In this document: positions 11,499 through 19,748 of the stretch, one piece after another
Layout: each line of letters opens with the position of its first letter
Numbering within the stretch: the first letter of the stretch is position 1
Virus record (IMG/VR): IMGVR_UViG_3300025896_000023
Strand: one strand, 5' to 3'
Source: a virus
Lineage: Duplodnaviria > Heunggongvirae > Uroviricota > Caudoviricetes
DNA: 38,583 bases
Translations under genes and position numbers: made by a program
The notes under the pieces: generated by a model
Databases searched by the model: none
What the model was told of the DNA's origin: nothing
Seen by the model: only the letters and a program-made list of their open reading frames with translations

Positions 11499-11617
11499 TT
11501 AGAAAATTAATTACATTTATAAAACTAAAATTAATGGAACGCAGAAAAAAACTAATGTTTAAAAAGGCATTGGATAAATATAAAAAGCAAGGACCATTAA
11601 ATTATAAAAATTTTTAA
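11495..11617 (+). CDS. Small basic protein (40 aa, MIRKLITFIKLKLMERRKKLMFKKALDKYKKQGPLNYKNF); not in the ORF track
   Basis: ATGA overlap with the carbamoyltransferase stop; open to TAA at 11615-11617. Confidence 0.55.
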   Translation: MIRKLITFIKLKLMERRKKLMFKKALDKYKKQGPLNYKNF

Positions 11618-11630
11618 TAAATTCAGTATT

Positions 11631-11658
11631 GAAACAATAATTGCAATATACGTATAAT
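11631..11658 (+). promoter_or_regulatory. Middle-type promoter GAAAC-N17-TATAAT
   Basis: GAAAC 11631-11635, TATAAT 11653-11658. Confidence 0.7.
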
Positions 11659-11664
11659 TAATAT

Positions 11665-12216
11665 ATGGCAATGAAAAAATATACAACTGATAAGATTTTA
11701 ATCTTCGACATTGACGACACTCTTGTGATAACGCATGCGAAGATAGTAGTTACTGATTCTAAAACTAAAGAATCATTTACGTTGACACCTGAAGAATTCA
11801 ATGAGTATGAAAGAGGTATCGATCATTGTATTAATTTTGACCAATTTCGATGTATAGAAATCATGAAAGCTGGCAAATTAATCTATAAATATTTCGATAT
11901 TCTTAAAGAAAATTATAAAAAAGGTATTGCAATTGGAATTATTACGGCTAGAGATGATAGAAATATGATTTATGAATGGTTCAAATATCATCTTGGATTT
12001 CATATTGATATGGAACTAATATGGGCTGTGAATGACCCCCTACATGGACTTACTGGAAACATACAAGAACGTAAGAAGCAGGCAATGCAATGGTTTATTG
12101 ACGTAGGATATACTGACATCACGTTTTTTGATGATGATTTAAATAACATAAAATTAATTAATGAGTTGGGTATCGCATTGGAAATACCTATCAAAACGCA
12201 TTTAGCTACAAAATAA
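11665..12216 (+). CDS. HAD-superfamily phosphatase / nucleotidase
   Basis: Motif I IFDIDDTL, motif II IITAR, motif IV FFDDDLNNI. Confidence 0.8.
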   Translation: MAMKKYTTDKILIFDIDDTLVITHAKIVVTDSKTKESFTLTPEEFNEYERGIDHCINFDQFRCIEIMKAGKLIYKYFDILKENYKKGIAIGIITARDDRNMIYEWFKYHLGFHIDMELIWAVNDPLHGLTGNIQERKKQAMQWFIDVGYTDITFFDDDLNNIKLINELGIALEIPIKTHLATK

Positions 12217-12219
12217 AGT

Positions 12220-13302
12220 ATGCGAAAAACGAAAAAAACGAATGCTATTTTAACATTAGTTGAAGAGGCTACTATACCTGGAACTTTGCATAATAACATG
12301 TATTTATTACAAAGATTGGTAGATAAAGGAAAATTGGAAGATTATCAAAGATTTATTACACAATTTCCAAATGGACAATTAGCAGCAATGTTACTTAAAT
12401 ATTTTGAAAGTCTGTCAGAGGATGAATCTGATATATTAGCAGATGCTCTATATTCGTTAGAAGGTCCTCATCAATTAACAAAAGAGTATTATGCTGACAG
12501 AAATAATGTATGGGGTAGAATGTTTGACATGCAGGTTAGAGGATCAGGAAAGGGAGAAGTAATAATTGCATGGCTAATAAAAAATTCAAGCATACAAGGA
12601 GGTACCGAATCATTTGATGTTTTAATTGAAGATAAAAAATATGAGGTAAAAGATTGGTCAAATCAAAAAAATTCATCAATATTGACTGGTGTGAAATCGA
12701 AGGTTTCTAATTTTGAATTTTGGAGAGAGATTGTAGATACTATTAGAAGATTAGATAAATTAACAGGATATTCAACATCGCCTAAGTTTAATTTTAAAGA
12801 TTATTTCGATGATGATATATGTAATTTGGTAGATATTATTTTAGAAAGACAAGGTATGATACTTTCTGGTGAATTTAATACAACAGATATTAAAAACTTT
12901 AAAAAATTCTATCAAAACATAAATTCTATTAATACTGAAATAATAGGATTTACAAATGTAATTCTTAGAGGACCTAATCAAGTTCCAATTGAATTAAGCA
13001 TTGATCCCATTCATTTAAAAGATATTTTAAATGAGTCATTAACAATACAAAGATCAAGCACTGATAATACATTTATTTATATTTTAACCGAACTGCGCAG
13101 ACTAAAGTATGCAAGAAATCCAGATGAACTGTACGCTGATATGCAATATGCTGTAAATAAAATAGTGGAAGGAATAACATATATTGTATATAGAGAAAAT
13201 CAAATTAATATAACATGTGACTTTGTGCCACATGCTGTGAGTATATCAAGTTTAAGATTTCTTGAAAAAAGTATAGCTACCAAACATATAATTGATATAT
13301 AA
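12220..13302 (+). CDS. Hypothetical protein with possible PD-(D/E)xK nuclease core
   Basis: GSGKGEV...FDVLIEDKKYEVKD fits an E...D-x(n)-E-x-K arrangement. Confidence 0.45.
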   Translation: MRKTKKTNAILTLVEEATIPGTLHNNMYLLQRLVDKGKLEDYQRFITQFPNGQLAAMLLKYFESLSEDESDILADALYSLEGPHQLTKEYYADRNNVWGRMFDMQVRGSGKGEVIIAWLIKNSSIQGGTESFDVLIEDKKYEVKDWSNQKNSSILTGVKSKVSNFEFWREIVDTIRRLDKLTGYSTSPKFNFKDYFDDDICNLVDIILERQGMILSGEFNTTDIKNFKKFYQNINSINTEIIGFTNVILRGPNQVPIELSIDPIHLKDILNESLTIQRSSTDNTFIYILTELRRLKYARNPDELYADMQYAVNKIVEGITYIVYRENQINITCDFVPHAVSISSLRFLEKSIATKHIIDI

Positions 13303-13305
13303 ATA
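13294..13305 (+). promoter_or_regulatory. Late-type promoter (GATATATA overlapping T4-like TATAAATA)
   Basis: GATATATAAATA upstream of the internal-head-protein cluster. Confidence 0.55.
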
Positions 13306-13323
13306 TAAATTATATGTAATCAT

Positions 13324-13506
13324 ATGAGTCAAGAAGAATGGAATGTATATATTGATACTGGATTTGTTCCTCATTATTTTATAAAAGAAATAGTGGAGAG
13401 TATTAAACTTGGCCATGTGTTAACACCCAAGCACTTACAAATCTATATTACACATAGCCAAATAATAGAAATATATCTAAACACGAAAAACGATGAAAAA
13501 AATTAA
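13324..13506 (+). CDS. Hypothetical protein (60 aa)
   Basis: ORF between the late-type motif and an overlapping next gene. Confidence 0.55.
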   Translation: MSQEEWNVYIDTGFVPHYFIKEIVESIKLGHVLTPKHLQIYITHSQIIEIYLNTKNDEKN

Positions 13507-14275
13507 ATTATTCGAAGAATTTATTAATGAAATTAAAGGAAGAAATAACACAGATCCTGAAGAAATAATAGATGATATTAACTCTAGAGTTAACTTTGGA
13601 AGTGCTGCAATCAAAGACACTAAAGATGGACCGTCTATTGTTATTTACCTTGATAAAAAATCTGAAAATCATAGTACAATAGTAAAAGAACTTGAAAAAA
13701 TATATACTGATGCTATTAAATATGAAAAAGGCAACTCAAGTAAAGATATCATTGTCTTTAGAATCAATGAAGAATTTGTTAATGAAATTAATATAGAAGA
13801 TACCGAAATAACAGAAACTATATCTGAATTTTATGAATTGCAGATGCAAATCTTACAACTACAATCTGAGTTAAAACAAAAACAGGCGCAGTTTAAAAAG
13901 TTTGATACAAATATTCAACCAATAATCGATGGAATGAAAGAAACTGGTGATAAGTTAGGGGTTACTGAAAAGTATGTTGTAAAGGTTTCAAGATTTGGAT
14001 ATGAAAGAACTACTGCATCATATAAAGATGCGTTTGAATTAGCGCTATCTAAAGTAAATGGAGCTACTCAAAAAATATTAAAGGAAGCGTTAGTTGCAAC
14101 CGAAAAGGTAGGAAGTGTTGCAAATTCATACACGATTGACCAAATGAATGAAGCGAATATTTTTCAAAAGATTATATCAACGTTAAAGGATATTTCCAGT
14201 AAATTTGTTAATATGTTTAAAAAGGAATCTAAAAATATTGATGCTGCAAATAATGATTTAAAAAAAATAGTATAA
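13493..14275 (+). CDS. Putative internal head protein with capsid-targeting-like leader MKKIKLFEEFINE
   Basis: Leader shared by five neighbours; internal INEEFVNE and QMNE|A motifs; coiled coil. Confidence 0.65.
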   Translation: MKKIKLFEEFINEIKGRNNTDPEEIIDDINSRVNFGSAAIKDTKDGPSIVIYLDKKSENHSTIVKELEKIYTDAIKYEKGNSSKDIIVFRINEEFVNEINIEDTEITETISEFYELQMQILQLQSELKQKQAQFKKFDTNIQPIIDGMKETGDKLGVTEKYVVKVSRFGYERTTASYKDAFELALSKVNGATQKILKEALVATEKVGSVANSYTIDQMNEANIFQKIISTLKDISSKFVNMFKKESKNIDAANNDLKKIV

Positions 14276-14826
14276 TGAAAAAAATTAAACTATTCGAAGA
14301 ATTTATGAATGAATCAGTAAATGAAAAGAAAGCAGCATATGATTACGGATGTGCAATGATATACTTTGAATTTCCAGAAATGGAAGATATTCACGTTAAA
14401 ATAGAGAAAGATGATGTATTTGTGGATCCTAAAGATTCTACATTTGGACTAGAAACTGAACCGCATTGCACATTATTATATGGATTACATGCTGATGTGG
14501 CTCTTAACACTATTAAAAAAATAGTAGATGGATTTGAATTTGGTGAATGTACTATTAAAGAGGCTTCACTTTTTGAAAATGAAAAATTTGATGTACTTAA
14601 ATTTGATGTAACTGGAAGTGGATTACACGATTGCAATTCTGCTTTATCAAAATTACCACATACTACTGATTATCCTAACTACCATCCACATATGACAGTG
14701 GCATACCTTAAAAATGGTATGGGTAAAAAATATGTAGATTTATTAGGAACTGAAGAAAGAACCTTAAAACCATCATATATTGTTTATAGCCAACCTGATG
14801 GTACCAAAACCAAGATATCTTTATAA
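14275..14826 (+). CDS. 2H phosphoesterase (Acb1/T4 57B-like) with capsid-targeting-like leader
   Basis: Two HxT motifs, EPHCTLLYG and YHPHMTVAY; leader MKKIKLFEEFMNESVNE. Confidence 0.75.
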   Translation: MKKIKLFEEFMNESVNEKKAAYDYGCAMIYFEFPEMEDIHVKIEKDDVFVDPKDSTFGLETEPHCTLLYGLHADVALNTIKKIVDGFEFGECTIKEASLFENEKFDVLKFDVTGSGLHDCNSALSKLPHTTDYPNYHPHMTVAYLKNGMGKKYVDLLGTEERTLKPSYIVYSQPDGTKTKISL

Positions 14827-14828
14827 GA

Positions 14829-14836
14829 GATATATA
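14829..14836 (+). promoter_or_regulatory. Late-type promoter element GATATATA
   Basis: Sits immediately after the 14826 stop, 26 nt before the next ATG. Confidence 0.45.
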
Positions 14837-14861
14837 AATGTAATAAACATAAAACAATATA

Positions 14862-15794
14862 ATGAAAAGAGTAAAGTTATTTGAAGAATTTATAAATGAA
14901 TCTAAAGGATTAGAATTAGTACATGCATATGATAAAGATGGTACGATGTATGGTACTGGAGAACTTGTTAAAAAACAAGGTTCAAAATCTTTAATTAGAT
15001 TTGACAGTGAAACTGAAAAATGGTTTGACAATAAAGACATTAAATTAGTAGAATCTAAATATAATGGAAATGTTGCCGGTGATGCCGCTGAATATATTGC
15101 TAAAGAATTATCGCAATACGTTAAAGGTATTATAAACCAATCTAATAATAATGTTACTTATTTTCATTTAAAAGATAAATCATATAAATCTAAAGTTATT
15201 AAAACCCTAAAGGATATTTATGGTTTAGATGCACAAGATGGTGGAACTCAATTCTCACCTTCACCAACTATCAAATTTGATAATGACGTAATATTGGAAT
15301 CAAATATCGACGAAGCTACTACATCTTGGAGTAAAATGATGAAAGGTGTTAAGGGTGGAGATGGTGGACCTTGGAGTTTGGTTGCTATTGAATATGGAAA
15401 AGTAGTTGGTCAAAAAAATAGCATAAAGGTTAGAGACATATTACCTGCTGAATTTGAAGAATTTCGTAAACAATTTCCAAAGGCAAAAATTCATATTGAA
15501 GATGCTGGCGGTGGAGTAGTTTGGAATGAATCTATTGTTAATGAAGCTCAAATCGGAGATAAATTAACTAAGAAATTTACAGAAGAAACTGGAATCTCAG
15601 TATGGGACAAAGTAACTTTAAAATCAGAATCTGGAATTTGGGTCGTTGCAAGATTATGGGCACCAAAGGATGATGGTGGTATGAATCCTGGTTTACATAT
15701 TGAATTAACTAAAGGTAGTTCAAGAGAACACTTTCAGGTAATGGATGATAATGGAAATTTAAGCCAATTTGGAAAAGAAATCACAAAGAAATAA
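14862..15794 (+). CDS. Putative modular internal head (poly)protein, leader MKRVKLFEEFINE
   Basis: Leader plus internal xxE|S/A junctions: LVE|S, ILE|SNIDE|A, WNE|SIVNE|A. Confidence 0.65.
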   Translation: MKRVKLFEEFINESKGLELVHAYDKDGTMYGTGELVKKQGSKSLIRFDSETEKWFDNKDIKLVESKYNGNVAGDAAEYIAKELSQYVKGIINQSNNNVTYFHLKDKSYKSKVIKTLKDIYGLDAQDGGTQFSPSPTIKFDNDVILESNIDEATTSWSKMMKGVKGGDGGPWSLVAIEYGKVVGQKNSIKVRDILPAEFEEFRKQFPKAKIHIEDAGGGVVWNESIVNEAQIGDKLTKKFTEETGISVWDKVTLKSESGIWVVARLWAPKDDGGMNPGLHIELTKGSSREHFQVMDDNGNLSQFGKEITKK

Positions 15795-16060
15795 TGAAAC
15801 ACATTAAATTATACGAGGAATTTGTAAATGAAAAAGAATTTACAGAGGATCAAAGAAAAGAATTAGCAAGTAAAGGATTTGCATTGCCAGATGGAAGCTT
15901 TCCAATCGAAAATGTAGAAGATCTTAAGAATGCAATTCAAGCATATGGTAGAGCAGGAGACCAATCTGCAGCCGCAAAACATATTGCAAAACGCGCAAAG
16001 GCATTAGGACAAGAAGATCTAATACCAACCAGTGATGATTTTCAAAAAAGTTTAAAATAA
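15794..16060 (+). CDS. Putative internal head protein, leader MKHIKLYEEFVNE
   Basis: Leader plus a compact ALPDGSFPI...DLKNAIQAYGRA...HIAKRAKALG domain of a type I recall from other phage proteins. Confidence 0.65.
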   Translation: MKHIKLYEEFVNEKEFTEDQRKELASKGFALPDGSFPIENVEDLKNAIQAYGRAGDQSAAAKHIAKRAKALGQEDLIPTSDDFQKSLK

Positions 16061-16062
16061 GT

Positions 16063-16572
16063 ATGAAAAAAGTAAGATTATACGAAGAATTCATTAATGA
16101 ATCAAAGGATGTATTTCCAAATGAAATCATAGGAAATGATAATATTCTTTTTAAGAAGGAGTGGGAAAAAATGAATGGTGGTAAACTTGCTGCCAAATAT
16201 AACCAATATTTTAAAGGTTATGATATTGATACAGGTGGACGTATCTTTAATACAGTAGATCAGTTAGAAAAATATATAAAAGCTACTGAACTTTCAAATA
16301 ATCAATATAACAAATATAAGTATATGCCAGAGATTCCAATTAAAGAATCTTTAGATGAAGCAGATGGTAGAGATACTCTAGGTGAATTACAAGAAATGGC
16401 ATTAGGTCAACTTGAAAGAATAGCAGACTATGCAAATATGATTAAAGAACGTATAAATGGTGGAGAATCTCTAGAATCATGGATGTTTTCTCAATTAACT
16501 ATTTCTTTAGAAAATCTAAATGCAATACATGATTCAATGGACGGTAACGATAAAAACCCAAACGATAATTAA
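16063..16572 (+). CDS. Putative internal head protein, leader MKKVRLYEEFINE
   Basis: Leader, internal IKE|SLDE|A junction, C-terminal MALGQLERIADYA...LESWMFSQ helical module. Confidence 0.65.
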   Translation: MKKVRLYEEFINESKDVFPNEIIGNDNILFKKEWEKMNGGKLAAKYNQYFKGYDIDTGGRIFNTVDQLEKYIKATELSNNQYNKYKYMPEIPIKESLDEADGRDTLGELQEMALGQLERIADYANMIKERINGGESLESWMFSQLTISLENLNAIHDSMDGNDKNPNDN

Positions 16573-16574
16573 TT

Positions 16575-16796
16575 ATGAAAAAACTAATCTTAGCAATCCT
16601 ATTACTATCAACACTTAGTTGTGCAACTGTATTCCATAATGGACCAATCACAGAATATCAAAGAACCAAACCTCAAACAGGAGAACCTCAAAGAAAGGTA
16701 AAGGTATTACCACTAGTGGCAGACTTAATTATTTTCTGGCCAGCAACTGTGGTAGATTTTGCAACAGGTGCAATATACTTACCAAAAGAAAAATAG
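16575..16796 (+). CDS. Small lipoprotein / membrane protein
   Basis: Signal peptide MKKLILAILLLSTLS-C (lipobox) and hydrophobic LVADLIIFWPATVVDFATGAIY. Confidence 0.7.
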   Translation: MKKLILAILLLSTLSCATVFHNGPITEYQRTKPQTGEPQRKVKVLPLVADLIIFWPATVVDFATGAIYLPKEK

Positions 16797-16818
16797 GTCT
16801 AGTAATTTAAAGTAAAGC

Positions 16819-16845
16819 AAGGGATCCCCAACAGGATCCCTTTTT
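16819..16845 (+). terminator. Rho-independent terminator ending the late operon
   Basis: AAGGGATCC-CCAACA-GGATCCCTT followed by TTT. Confidence 0.8.
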
Positions 16846-17541
16846 CTATGCCCCCTAATCCTCTGACATGCCTCCACCTATCCAAAATCCACAAGATATA
16901 ATTACAAGTACTTGGCATAAACCTAACCCCCACAGGAATCCAAAATCATTGCTACCCCCAAGGTCCCGAGTCGACGAAACCCCACCCCCACCATACAATA
17001 AAAATAATAATAATCTATAAAGACTAGATAAACAATAAGAACATCTAAATACAAAGCTAGATATAAACATACTAGATAATACAAGTATAAGATCCTCCAT
17101 ATCCCCAAGTATTCAAGTTATATCCATTCCTATGTCCACCCTAACCCTGTAAGTATTAAAGATCTCTATGCTCCTACACCCGTACACGGGTAGAGTCCCC
17201 TAGGTGACCAGTTCAAGCATTTAAGATTTGATAATGATATATACAGGCCTTTAAGATCCCTAAGCCCCTAAGTACCCTAAGTCCCTAATTGGTAATGTAA
17301 ATCCGTAAAGTAGATACGTTAGGGCCCAAAGTCAATGTTCCAGGACCCTACTTAAACCTCTCGCCCAATTATCTCACCCCACAGGTCCCCACCCCCTGTA
17401 TGTCACCTACCCTCCGGACGCCAAAAAACCCCGCGAGCATGCTCTGTAGCACAGTCCAGCAGGGTGGCAAGGGTTTCATGGCTCTTCTGTGATTTTCTTA
17501 GAAAAGCCGACCAGACCCTAATTTGAAATTGTTAATAACTT
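16846..17541. other. Left non-coding flank of the early island (C-rich/G-poor + strand, palindromes, C-tracts)
   Basis: No convincing ORF and many C3-C5 runs. CAAGTACTTG 16905, ACCCGT-AC-ACGGGT 17178, GAGCATGCTC 17435, GGGCCC 17322, TCCGGA 17413. Confidence 0.6.
17258..17288 (-). repeat. Four CCCTAA units (TTAGGG on the minus strand) forming a canonical G-quadruplex motif
   Basis: Minus strand reads TTAGGG-ACTTA-GGG-TACTTA-GGGG-CTTA-GGG; loops 5, 6 and 4 nt. Confidence 0.7.
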
Positions 17542-17742
17542 TTACGATTGCAGGTACACCGTATGCCAGGCACTAAATCCCTCAGAGGTACTTGACCAGT
17601 CGAATCCAACTCGTAAAATATCTTTTAGGTTTTGAAATCGGGTTTGAGCTAGATCTAGATCTTGTCTTAGATATTTTGCAATTTGCGTTCTTAGTTCTGG
17701 TGCTACGGTATCTAGTATAGATTGGATAGTTTTAGTTTGCAT
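17542..17742 (-). CDS. Early hypothetical protein (FxWxxTxEGxxxW motif)
   Basis: 66 aa with GFDWSSTSEGFSAWHTVY; last gene of the leftward early unit. Confidence 0.65.
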   Translation of the reverse strand: MQTKTIQSILDTVAPELRTQIAKYLRQDLDLAQTRFQNLKDILRVGFDWSSTSEGFSAWHTVYLQS

Positions 17743-17748
17743 GGTATA

Positions 17749-18012
17749 TTATTTAGGATTAGTTGAAAGGTTTGCTCCGGCTAGGTATAGGTTCGTAATC
17801 ATGAACATTAGGGGGTTTTTACCCTTTTTGCTTGATATACTGTTTTTCCATTTTGTTCGTGTTTCAGGGGAAGCATATGTATTTGTGCTTTCGATGATTT
17901 CTAAGAAGGTGCTGCGTAGTGCTTCTTCTGTAAGGGTTTGCATTTTACCGATTAGGCTTTCTACCTGTGCAGTAATTGAACGTTCTGTAATTGATAAGTC
18001 GATGTGTGCCAT
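17749..18012 (-). CDS. Early hypothetical protein
   Basis: 87 aa directly downstream of the early promoter copy at 18025-18068. Confidence 0.75.
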   Translation of the reverse strand: MAHIDLSITERSITAQVESLIGKMQTLTEEALRSTFLEIIESTNTYASPETRTKWKNSISSKKGKNPLMFMITNLYLAGANLSTNPK

Positions 18013-18024
18013 GGTGTTGTTGTT

Positions 18025-18068
18025 TTAATTATAATGTAAATATAACTATAATATTTGAACCATGAAAA
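18025..18068 (-). promoter_or_regulatory. Early promoter copy 1 (TTTC-N19-TATATTTA-CATTATAATTAA)
   Basis: Minus strand reads ttttcatggttcaaatattatagttatatttacattataattaa. Confidence 0.8.
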
Positions 18069-18187
18069 TTTATTTGCAATTATTTTTAAAAAGATTATGG
18101 GAGCACTAGACAGTAGAGAAACCTATAGGGTCAAGAAGAAACACCACATAACTTCATGACCCTAGAGGGGTTATAATTAAAAACGGT

Positions 18188-19297
18188 TTATAGTTCCACA
18201 ACTTGAGTTTTAAGTTCTGCTGGTATACTGTCCTTGTCAAACCCAAATAATTTGTCAAACGAATTTGATTCGCTATCTAGGGCTTTACGTTCTTCCGCTA
18301 AGATATCATCGTTGAATAGGTCTCTTGCATATCTTGCTTCGTCGAATGTTACTCCGCCATTTAGGTCAAAGAATAGTTTTTTATTGACATCACCTCCACG
18401 ATTCTTAGAGAATTCCATATATCTACGGCCAGAATTTTCAGATCCATCCCAGTCAAGATGCATCATGGCAGTGGCCATATGTTTTAGTTTATTAGAACCA
18501 ACAAATACTCCACCTTTAGATAATTGTAAGATGGTTACAAATGTTGTATGTTTAGATAGGATGTTATTTGCTTTGTTATGATTATCCATTAGATCTAGGA
18601 ACCATTTCTCAGTTTTACCTCGAGTCATCCCGCAAGCTTCTTTCACTGTGTCATTTACTTCTGTATATGAATCGGTTAAGATAACGTCCCATCCTTGAGA
18701 TACTACTGATTCGATTACCGATTTTGGGCATTCTTCAGTATAGTCTCCTAGGAATAGGATTGGTAATTGTCCCCAGTGTGGAAAACGTTTTAGGTAACGA
18801 GCCATATCGATTTGATTCATTTCTGCTGAGATGAATAGGACCTTCTTGCCAGCTGCTTGCAACTTAGATAATAGTTCAAGTAGCACTGTAGTTTTACCAA
18901 TACCAGGGGCTCCTGCTGCCATGACGTTTGTACCTGGTAGGAAACCACCTTCAGATGATACGAATTTATCAAACACTGTATTTGTAGCTAATGGAACAAA
19001 AAGGCTTTCATCTATATTTAGGTCATCTAATTTGGTTAGAGTAATAGGTCCAACTGGTTTAGATACTTTAGGTTCTTGTACTTGTTTAGGTTGTATACCT
19101 CCACCATATGCATTATGATAATCTTTAGAAGAATTAAAGTGACCTTGCTCGTTTATATTAACAAGTCTATTAGATTCTAATCCGCGGATCCATTCGTATT
19201 TAGGGTGATCCTCCTTGATTACTACGATATGATCTTGGTCAATAGCTCGTAATTCGAAGATGTCATTTAATTTGTGGAATGTGTAAGATACTTTCAT
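18188..19297 (-). CDS. RadA/Sms-like RecA-fold ATPase (core only, novel N-terminus)
   Basis: Walker A GAPGIGKT, KVLFISAEM, ILTDSY, LQLSKGGVFVGSNKLKH, KNRGG. No Zn finger and no Lon-like C-domain. Confidence 0.8.
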   Translation of the reverse strand: MKVSYTFHKLNDIFELRAIDQDHIVVIKEDHPKYEWIRGLESNRLVNINEQGHFNSSKDYHNAYGGGIQPKQVQEPKVSKPVGPITLTKLDDLNIDESLFVPLATNTVFDKFVSSEGGFLPGTNVMAAGAPGIGKTTVLLELLSKLQAAGKKVLFISAEMNQIDMARYLKRFPHWGQLPILFLGDYTEECPKSVIESVVSQGWDVILTDSYTEVNDTVKEACGMTRGKTEKWFLDLMDNHNKANNILSKHTTFVTILQLSKGGVFVGSNKLKHMATAMMHLDWDGSENSGRRYMEFSKNRGGDVNKKLFFDLNGGVTFDEARYARDLFNDDILAEERKALDSESNSFDKLFGFDKDSIPAELKTQVVEL

Positions 19298-19308
19298 AAT
19301 GTGGTGTT

Positions 19309-19352
19309 TTAATTATAATGTAAATCTAACTATAATAGATGATATGTGAAAA
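19309..19352 (-). promoter_or_regulatory. Early promoter copy 2
   Basis: Minus strand reads ttttcacatatcatctattatagttagatttacattataattaa; GTTATTAAC box at 19367-19375. Confidence 0.8.
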
Positions 19353-19380
19353 TTTAATTGCTTAAAGTTATTAACAATTT

Positions 19381-19734
19381 TTATTTTACTTGGTATGCTT
19401 TATCCCAGTCTCCGATTGATATACCTACGTAGAATGTTGGGATGCTACCGTAATCTCCATCGTATGTTAATTCAGATTGGTCTTCTTTTAAGATGTCTAC
19501 GATACCTTGCAATACTTGTGCAGTTTCAGGTCTATCTTTGTAGTTATCTTTAATATAGAAATGATTAACGTTCTCGTATCCATTTTCTTTTTCAGTTAGG
19601 GCAATTGGACCAGCAAGGATAGTTGCTTGAATTTTTGAATGATCTATATTACGTACTGAAATTTTATAATTAGGGAATGCAGATTTGATTGCTTTTCTTT
19701 TAGCTGCTACTTCTTCTTTAGTGATATATGGCAT
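19381..19734 (-). CDS. LPD29-like (large polyvalent protein-associated domain) early protein
   Basis: RKAIKSAFPNYKISVR...IQATILAGP and C-terminal DGDYGSIPTFYVGISIG pattern. Confidence 0.55.
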   Translation of the reverse strand: MPYITKEEVAAKRKAIKSAFPNYKISVRNIDHSKIQATILAGPIALTEKENGYENVNHFYIKDNYKDRPETAQVLQGIVDILKEDQSELTYDGDYGSIPTFYVGISIGDWDKAYQVK

Positions 19735-19748
19735 GGTGTTTTTGTTTT

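Noticed and set aside
16855-17108. Minus-strand ORFs 16855-17100 and 16923-17108, and a plus-strand 50-aa Pro-rich ORF 16868-17020
   Set aside because: Composition-driven (Gly/Leu/Val or Pro runs from the C skew), with no promoter of the three classes or coupling. The plus-strand one cannot be fully excluded.
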